A DNA stretch of 62,531 nt, counting the filler, from Choristocarpus tenellus KU-1152 (taxonomy: Eukaryota > Protista > Phaeophyceae): assembly GCA_964200185.2 (NCBI GenBank). It is 9 parts of 9 records of this genome, joined end to end, with 100 filler letters (N's around TTAATTAATTAA, not from the genome) between each part and the next. Parts side by side here need not be neighbours in the genome. Positions count along the whole stretch, not along the records: positions 51,914 to 62,531 come from CAXNAD020002827.1; 8 more parts are not named here. One strand, given 5' to 3'. A model generated the notes under the pieces. The model worked only from the letters and a program-made list of their open reading frames with translations, had not been told where the DNA came from and searched no databases. The position numbers and the translations under genes were made by a program. Positions 53,896 to 62,531 of this stretch are shown here, in pieces. Position 1 is the first letter of the stretch; each line of letters starts with the position of its first letter.

Positions 53896-55444
53896 CTATT
53901 TTTTTATTTTATTGAAGAAAGAGCGCTCATATTGGGGTTCGAACCCTGGATTGTAGGTCACCAAGAGTGGCAACAGATGCACTATTACTTGATAAAATAA
54001 AGTACAGGGTTTGAGTGAGAAAGAAACCTCCCCACCCTTTCTTCCTGTGTGTTCGCAGACCCACTCTTTGATCTCGGGAAGGATGTCCTCGTCGAGGCCC
54101 AGAATGAAACGCCTCTCGTAGCGTCCTTGCTCCGACACCTTGATGTGGTCGTTAGTTAGGAAGTCTCTCTCCCATTTACTCACAGTTTCCGACCTGACCA
54201 TCGCATATCCTGCTGCCATCTCAAGCGCCGTTTGGCAGTCTTTCCCGTCGTCCATACACAGGTACAGAATTCGTAGTGTTAGAGCCTTTACTATCACATT
54301 TTCTCGTTGAGCGCTGGAGATGGGCATTGTCCGTGTTTCCTGGACGGTTGATATTTTATCATCAAGGACAGGCTTGAGTTGATCGAAAATTGTGTTGATT
54401 TCTCAAATGAATGCAGGTGGGGAGAAAGCCTTAATCGACTTTATACGTCCAACCCTAAGTCCAGGAACAAAAGTGAATGTAGGGAATCTTGCAAGAAGTA
54501 GGAGACACCAAACCATTGATGTGGAAATAGTCTCAATCTCACCTCCTCTTCTTCCCTGGCGTCCTTGTCGATGGCTACCTCCACCTGCTTCACGACCTCT
54601 TCTAAGTACAGGATTTGGGCCAAAGTATCTTAGAAGGTAGAGCCGCGTCCATTTGGGGACCACAATCCAATGTTGCGATTTTGATGAAATTTTGGCCATC
54701 GTGTTTGTTAGGAAGAGTCCATAACCATATTCTGGACACACATTATTATAACGTATCCATTCTACCTGCTCCAAAACATTTTGGAGTAGGGAAATGTCAT
54801 TAAGAAAAACATGGGATGCTAAGCCCCAAATGGACAAACAGGGCAAAACTCATACCCTCTAAGATACTTTCACTCTTTGGTGATATCGAAAAGTCTCCAC
54901 AGCTGCCGTTGTCACGATCTCTTTCTCCTCCACCTTGCGAGCCCTTTCGACCTTCTTTCAGGCTTCAGAGCCCTTGTAGCCCGACCCTAACACCTTCTTT
55001 CTCGTTTTCTTAAGCCACTCTGGCTCACGTAAGTTTCCAAACAGCCAGGGCCTGCTGCAACGGTCAACTACTAAGATATTCTACAACCGGGTTTTTGCTT
55101 AGGTGTTTCCTGGCCGCAATGCTCTCTTTCCCAACCTTCCCTTCGGGTGTCCACCCCAATTCTCCCTCCGCCTTCCATGACCAGGGTTCCCCACAGACTT
55201 CGTCACTGTACCACCTGGTGATGGACTCGCTGCTCTCTTCCTGCTTTGCCAAGGTGGTAGAGACTGCAGAGCAGTGCTCCGACGTGGTTGAAGATCCAAC
55301 CACGTTTGTGTGGTAATGCTTTCCATGTAATCTTCTCTCAGCATCAGTGTCGTGGCCACGTGATCCATTGCGTGGTTTGATCATGTTGCTGCTGCGCCAC
55401 ACTACGCGCACTTTCTCGTCACCTAACATTGCGCTGAGTGTCAC
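53896..55444 (-). pseudogene. Probable decayed DNA-transposase 5' region (IS630/Tc1-like), interrupted by a MITE
   Basis: AAGYAMVRSETVSKWERDF...SEQGRYERRFIL..DEDILPEIKEWV..HTGRKG looks like the HTH region preceding DDE domains. The catalytic part is not seen. Confidence 0.4.
54617..54875 (+). mobile_element. MITE subfamily A (~260 bp), complete, with a 3-bp TSD (TTT)
   Basis: TIR gggccaaagtatcttagaaggta ... taccctctaagatactttcactc; subterminal inverted pair gtccatttgggg/ccccaaatggac; flanked by ttt on both sides. Confidence 0.88.
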
Positions 55445-58157
55445 ACGGTACTAGCTTTTCGGTCGCCTCTCAACAGAGGTGCCAAGGGTAGATCCAGGGG
55501 GCAGAATGGCCTCGGCGGCTCTCCTTGTCTCACCATCGTAGTTCATGTTGCTGTGTGGGTCACGCCTGTGCGTGCCCACAGAAAGTCTGCAAATGGCGCC
55601 AAGAAGATGCCCGCAAATCTTGGTGGTTTTTTCGGTATCATCACACGTGCCAAACTTGAGCAGCGATTACCCCGCATCAGTTTTTTGCGGGGAGTTCAGC
55701 CAACCACTTAATTTCTGTCCGTTTTAAAGTCGTGACCTTCAAAATTGCGCCAGAGATGTTCCCCCGCGTTTTTTCCCAGTAATTGATCGGGACATAGCTC
55801 CCGTTCCCCGAAGCCTGGATATTTATTAATACAAACCATCAATAGCTCTTGTCATACGCTTTCATTTCATATGTATATTGTTGTATAAACCTTGTGGCGA
55901 TGTGGTAAAAAAAAAACTGCCACGGAGGGCGAAGCTACTGGTACCACCGCTTCGTAACATCTATAATATGTGTCAAGGAGAAATCCATACTTGGCGCTCC
56001 TACTAAGAGTCGAACTCAGGACGTGCTTATACATATATCGAAGAAGGACAGGTATCAAGTCCTGTGTAGAAGGTCCCTCTATTTTGCTTCTCGCTGAGGT
56101 TGAGGTTGATGAATTACTGGCTCTAACATGTAGAGCAGGGCCTACTTTTCACAGGGAGCCCGATGGTGACCACTCCCCACTCTGATTCGTCATGTGGGAA
56201 GATATCTATATATCGAATGCACCGATCTGGCTGGTTGGTGATATATTTTATGTCGAGAAAACAGTTATCGTTTGATCTGAAAGGTCTTGATATTTTCCAT
56301 TTACACATTTTATTACTTTTATAACACTAAACATTTAGAATAAATAATTTGGAATATCGATATTGAGTTTAAAAGCAACCTATTTTGAATAGTACTTAGA
56401 TGTATTGTGTTGGTGTGAAACAGTTGGAACAGCCAGACAGGATCTTCAAGGTGAAGGGGATCAGGAAGACCCACAGGAGGATTGAAAAGGATATAGACAA
56501 GGCAAGGGGGCGAGCAACCATCAGAAGGTCACCCAGGGAAGGAGCGAACAAGGAAAGGTGAATGAGGAGGTTCGTAACCTCCTCTCAAACATTCAGATAT
56601 TGAATGCCATCAGGAAGCAAATAATGCTGATGTCTTACGAGGAAATATAATTTGATTTGACCCCTCAAAATGTTTCTTCTTGCTGAGCGTCCAGAGTATG
56701 TACACACACACATACACACACACGATAAGAACGCTTCAAGAGCTTTCAAAATCGATATTGAGTGCACAATTTTTTTTTCACTCGATTAGGTGATGATGCT
56801 GTAGATAGTCGTCGTCAGTATCGAGTACTCACTAAAACCTGTTGTGGAATGGTATTGAATAAGTTCCACACATAGATGCAACATGCCTCTTAATGATCTC
56901 ATTGCACATATATATGGATATGATTTTCATTATTTTGGATCAAGAAAGTCCTGAGAATATTAGAGAGTACTATAATACCCATATATGCACATCCAACCTA
57001 ACCTTCAACATTTCCACATTTTTTCATTTTTCGCACGGAGTGGCGAAACGAATTCTACAATAGTTGGGCTAATACAAAACTTGGTGGTGGAGATGGTCAG
57101 GACATGCCACAAAAAGGTAGAGTCGCCATTAGACATGGTCCAGACATTTCAGATAATGGTAGACCCCTGTCCGGCCAGTGGACGTGGTCCGGTACAATAC
57201 TCAGTACATGGTCCGGATATGTTAGAGGATGTTAGATTTGGTTTGGCTAGTGGACATGGACCAGTGATATACCTGATAATCATGGACCAGGACACGCCAT
57301 ATAATTGTGGGACCGGACCTGCTGGCAGACGAGATAGTTTTAATTTGTTGGTCCAGTGAAACGATTTGTATTTTGTAGTTTAGTGGAAGATAGTTGAGGT
57401 ATGGATGTACTTTCCCAATGCCTCTCCCATTTCGTCGACGAAATTCAAATTTCCTCACAAGAAATTTATCTTGTGCAACCAGAACTCGAATCCGGACAAT
57501 CCTGTGAAAGAGTGGAAGGTAACATCCACCTGACCAATGTGGTCAACATCATTGTTACTCAATGTGTTGATCGCACCAGCCTGAAGGTTTATTACACCAG
57601 TGACAATAGTACATCCTCATTTCGCATTTCTCACAAATTCTGGATTAATTATTTAGCCTCGTCTTAGCCTCGCATCCATTCCATTCCCCTCAACCAACGC
57701 CGCACCACTCACTTCATGCCAAAGGGCTAGCACCCCATGTACTCTCATAGAAAATATGACAGTGGCTAGTGGGTTGATGGGTTATGGAACAAGTTTGTAG
57801 TCTTCTGATTGGAATCAGCGAGATACGCAATACACTCTATAACCATTTTTTTCTTAGGGGTTGATCATAGGTATTTTGGCATACTGCGTATGTGTACCTT
57901 TCTTTTAACTCTTCAACGGCCAATGGCAACCCCCGATTCACCACCAAAGTACGGCATACTTACCTGGCGTCGGAGTGGTGGTACATTGTTGTCATTTACA
58001 GTAATTTGGTACCCAAATGGAGCAGCATTCTCTTTTTCTGTTGTGATGAGAGGGGCATTGACTACTAGTGCTCACTTCGCACAACTATGTACCCACCCTA
58101 ATATCCCACTGAGTTCCTTCCAGTGATGACTTCAACCGTTTATCCAGCTATTTACCA

Positions 58158-58380
58158 GAGTCAAAGTATGTTAGAGGGTAGAGCCGCATCCATTTGGGGG
58201 CCAACATCCAATGTTGCAATTTTGATAAAATATTTGCTATCATGTTTGTTAGGAAATGTCATTATCCTTTTTCTGGACACACTTTTTCATAACGTATTTA
58301 CTTTATCTTCTCCGAAACATTTTGGAGTAGGTTAAATGTCCTTAAAAACCCGTGGCTAAGCCTCACATCGACAAACAGGG
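58158..58380 (+). mobile_element. MITE subfamily A lacking the right TIR
   Basis: Colinear with 54617-54843. Confidence 0.8.
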
Positions 58381-59220
58381 GTGTAAGGAAGAGGCATCTT
58401 GGCCTTGAATGTAGACAATAACTCCTCCGTGTACCATTTCCTGTACCACAAATGGTCTAAAGTACGGTCCTGCTAATACACATCCCCCTTTTTATGGTTC
58501 TTGCTGTCCTGTCTGCCGTTTTTGGCGCACACACACGCCAAACACCAAGCTTTCCATCAAAGCTGTGAGCCGAATCTGGGTAGGCCTTGGCTGCAATGGT
58601 CATGGTTTTGGGGATACGACTCTTGTGCTGTACAGTAGGGGACCCTGGAAGGTTGCTATCATTCTCATGGCGAAATACCCTAACCCTTTCCCCATCAGCC
58701 ACCACCTAAATCAGATTTCATCCACATGTATCGTGTTCGCCGTGGAGGCGTACACACCACACTTCTGGTCCATTTGATTGCAAACAAAGTCATTCTCCAT
58801 AACTTTTGCCACGATCTAAGCTTGGGTTTGACCCAGCGGGGATTCGGCATGGCCCCCATTTCATCCAACCACCTGTTCATGGTGCTCGTGCTATAATTCA
58901 GTCCCTTGGCGGCCATCTTCATTGTCGCCTGACGCACTGTGGATGACCGGTTATCGGAGTTGATACAATGTATGCGACCATCTTGGCCGGTGTGAGCTCC
59001 GAAGGCCACCCACTACGTACAACCACCCCTAGGTCAAGCGTGTGGCCACAGGCAAGCTGATTGACAATGTCCTCCCAGAGCCCTTGCATGTAACGCTCGG
59101 ACACTCCAAACTCCGTTGCGAGGGCTGGCCCAATGTGTCGCAGCAGTTTGTACTCACCAGGGACCATCACGAGGGCACGCCACACTTCAATCGCAAACTT
59201 GGTATTAGGGGCACTTGGGA
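58380..59220 (-). mobile_element. Plant-type mariner transposase pseudogene
   Basis: HVDE (catgtggatgaa), VQHKSRIPKTM..AKAYPD..FDGKLGVWRV, and an N-terminal HTH-like region GVSERYMQGLW..RSGWPSELTP. Confidence 0.8.
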
Positions 59221-62200
59221 ATATGTCACTTTCATCACCCTTGTCCAGTTCCCACCGTTAGCATGTGGTTTACACGCATCCTCCACTAATATTATGCCTG
59301 ACCACATCGATATCCCGCCAATACCTAACATGCTTGCCCATACTGTTTTTGGGTGCTTAATATGCATCTCCCCGTTTGTGGTCAGCACTCACTTTTGGCC
59401 CTGCGAGAAAGATTGATCAGGACACCCATTGTATTTTAGGGGGGTGGATGTTAGGGCATGTTGCCCATTCAGGACTTCATGGGGTGTTGTAAGATACCCC
59501 AGTTTGATGCCTGTTTCGCAGTTCATTTTTCTTTAGATTTGGTTCAGATAGCGGGATAGAAAAGGAAGGTCCGTTTAGATGAAGGAAATTGTCCTACATC
59601 TGACACGTCCACTTAGATGACATGAAAATAACCACAGGTTCCAACAGGACCTGAACGGGCACCTTAACCCCCCTCTACGATATTAAGGACGAAGTTGCCT
59701 TTATGTTGCCCCTCTTTCTCCTTCTACCCCTACCTTTCACTTTGACCTTATATTCTATCGGCCTCTTCCCACCTTCCTCCTCTCCATCCACTCACTTCCT
59801 TTTTTCTTCTTGGAGGCTCAGTTTGCTTTGAGGCTATTCGCTAGTTGATCGTTTTGTCTGCCCTCCCTACCTTTTTCTTTTTTCTTTGTCACTATATGAA
59901 ATTATTTACCTTTCAAAATTCTTATGGTCATACAACTTTGAGTCTTTGAGTACTTCATAATCCCTTTTTTAAAATATGCTGAGAAATATCGCAACCATCG
60001 ATAACGATGACCCAGAAAAAGAAAGCAGGAAGCGGAAAAAAAGAGAAGAATAGAACATGTGAACAACTTACACTTTGGATCCCCAAGATGTTCAGAGTTG
60101 AGATGTTGTTAGTGATGTGGAGCGAGTATGTTGGAATATGTTCCGAGCAATTTCGAACGTTTTCGAACGTTATTGGAACAAAATGAGAACGTAAAACCTG
60201 ATAACCAAATAGTTCAAAACACACACCACACATAATTCCACATTTGAATAATACTTCCAAAATTGAAAGGAGTTGTAACTATACAATCAAAGTGAAGAGG
60301 AACCACGATTTGAGGTAGTGGTAGAGAAAGGAGAGATTAAATTGAGATAAGAAGTGGTGTCCAATCTACCCAAAATCAACCGATGATCTAGGACGATAAA
60401 TCTCTAAGAGGTTTTCTCGATTGGACCTTGACTGTCTCCATAGGGCCTCATCCACTCCTCGTTACTACTGGTAGTGCGATTTGACCCTTAATGTTGCCTT
60501 TTCCAAAGAGCCTATGGGGATGTGCAATCTCCGTTGGTATCTTCTCCCTGTGCCTGTTGACCGTGGCACGATGCCAGGTAACATTGAGTGTTCTCAGAAT
60601 TCAGGGGGAAGACTGGTCGGACTTTTTGATTAGGAACTAGGTTGGGAAGTTGAAAGGTTGTCGTAAGTTGGGAAGCCAAATTTCTTGTATTTGTACTGGT
60701 TGTGGTGTTAAGCTTTTAGCTGACACTCTTGTTCTTCCCTTAGATGCTTCCGTTGCCAGCATGATGCCTCACGGGGATTAAGGTTATCTCCCACCCAACC
60801 TGGGCTTCGTAGAGTGACAACAAGGTTCGCAGTCGTAGATAACAACCAGAACCTAGATCATACCAGAGACGATGCCTCGGTGCGGAGTGAGGTTGCTTTC
60901 ACCCCAAGCTGTGCTTCATAGAGTCGTAACAAGCCTTCGTGATCACATGCAGCAATCAGAAACCAATTGAACACATTTGCCAACTTCAAGCAAACTGACG
61001 ACTGCTGTCAGTCTCTTTACAACCTTGAAAGCTACTACAAGCATAATGTTTCTGAGCACCTTGTTACATGAACATATTCTCTTCCCTTGCCACTCGCACA
61101 CTCCGTCCATGTAGGTTGAGCATATTGTCTGGTAGTGTAGCGATCCTCGCACTGGCATTGGCCTCGCCATCCTCTTACCCTTTGTACCTCGTTCCTGTCG
61201 CCCTCCCACAAATATTTGACCTGTTTTGGAAGGTGATACCAATAGAGATAATGGCGAATCCAGTCGACTGTGCCAAGGATGATCCCGTCGAGATCACTGT
61301 GTTCGGGTCAGTGTCACCTGTACTACCACTAAATAAACCATGCGTTCTCATGTGTATTGTCAAAGGTCCATCTGAAGATTTGGGTTAGGTTTGGGGTATG
61401 GACTGAATTTTTCAAGTCATGGCTGATAAAAACCCCTCTGCAGTGTGCACTGCACACCCCTGGAAAGTTTCTGATCAAATTTCATGCCCTGACGTACTTC
61501 CCTTCATGCCATGTTAGGGTTAGGGAAAACGTTTATTCTCCCCCTCACTAACCTTAATGTTGTATCCCTAACCCTGACCTTATCTCTACATCTCTACACC
61601 TATTCAGGCAAGCCAACCCCCGCAAAACCCCCTCCCCCATGAATGTATCAAACGACCACCTCCAATGTTACTTCAGTTACTACTCCTTCCACTGATTTCA
61701 TACTTTTCACGAAGCAGGGCGTCGTAAATCATGCAAAGTTCCGCTGCTTTGTTTTTGGGGTAGTGGGATGGGGACGGAGTATCTTCTCAGTCATTTTTTT
61801 TGTTTGTGCAATCTTCGGACTTTAGAGAGTTTCTTTTTTTTGCCAGTAGAGAGGAACACCTTTGAAACAACTTAAATGTAGGTGAACCGAACGAGTAGCT
61901 ATCGTTAGTTATTGCTGTCGTGCCCTGATTTCCCTGGACGGCGAACTTTGTGATCTATTTGTTCACCCTCTCTTTCGTTGTTGTGTATATTTGTAGCCAC
62001 TGTGACGAAGATGCAAAATCCTTTTTCTTTTTTTTTCAAGATATCTCCGATGAACCCTTCCTTTTGTGAGAGTGACAAAAAAGGAAAGGAGGACTGGCCT
62101 ACGATTGGAAGTGAAGGGAGGTGGTGTGAAAGGCAACAGTTCCACATGTCCACTCTGCAATAGCAACCATGAGCACCCTTCGTCAGTTTTCTTGCAATCT

Positions 62201-62452
62201 CTCTCGTTGCAAGTTTGTAGTTCGTTTGAGCCTGTAGTATGTATGACTTACAAGTAGGTAGACTCCTTGCATATAATCAGAGCGCTCCACATGAAACTCT
62301 GTACAGCATTTATCGAGCAGATGTACTGCTGTTGTTAGATATCATACCATCATACCAACCGACATACCTCTGATTTTTCGGATTTGATTGGCGGTGATAA
62401 TAAAAAAAAGAGCCCTACTGTAAACACAAGTTCTTGCTTTCATGTTCAGTAG

Positions 62453-62487
<35 letters not shown>

Positions 62488-62531
62488 CCCTTCTTTGTCC
62501 CTCCTCTTCTTCTCTCATCTACATCTTTCTT

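Noticed and set aside
59600-62531. Short ORFs in the last 3 kb
   Set aside because: No recognisable motifs or consistent exon chain.

Overview
Eukaryotic genomic DNA. It is probably from a brown alga or related stramenopile; this is inferred from spliceosomal introns, interstitial (TTAGGG)n, the transposon families and a stramenopile-type EGF protein. The window is not contiguous: nine unrelated contigs are joined by eight artificial 100-bp spacers (N44-TTAATTAATTAA-N44), so neighbourhood across spacers means nothing. Four intron-containing genes can be rebuilt by hand from splice sites and reading frame. (1) A partial monofunctional heme catalase (- strand, 4 exons). (2) The 3' part of a gene fusing a STAND/NB-ARC-like P-loop NTPase to a STAT-type linker plus SH2 domain (- strand, 5 exons); this is the most interesting object here. 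(3) The 3' end of an EGF-like, mastigoneme/SIG-related protein (+). (4) An apparently complete 225-aa two-repeat FAIM-like protein (+, 5 coding exons) with two GC-AG introns at homologous positions; one of its introns holds a full-length decayed Ty1/copia element. The rest is mostly transposon debris: three plant-type (DD39D-like) mariner relics, 3' ends of an RLE-type non-LTR retrotransposon, two MITE subfamilies sharing a TIR, a second copia fragment, and a ~4.1-kb element bounded by inverted arrays of a 64-bp hairpin repeat whose interior may be a degraded Polinton-like-virus capsid module (speculative). All calls come from reading the sequence; no database searches were run.
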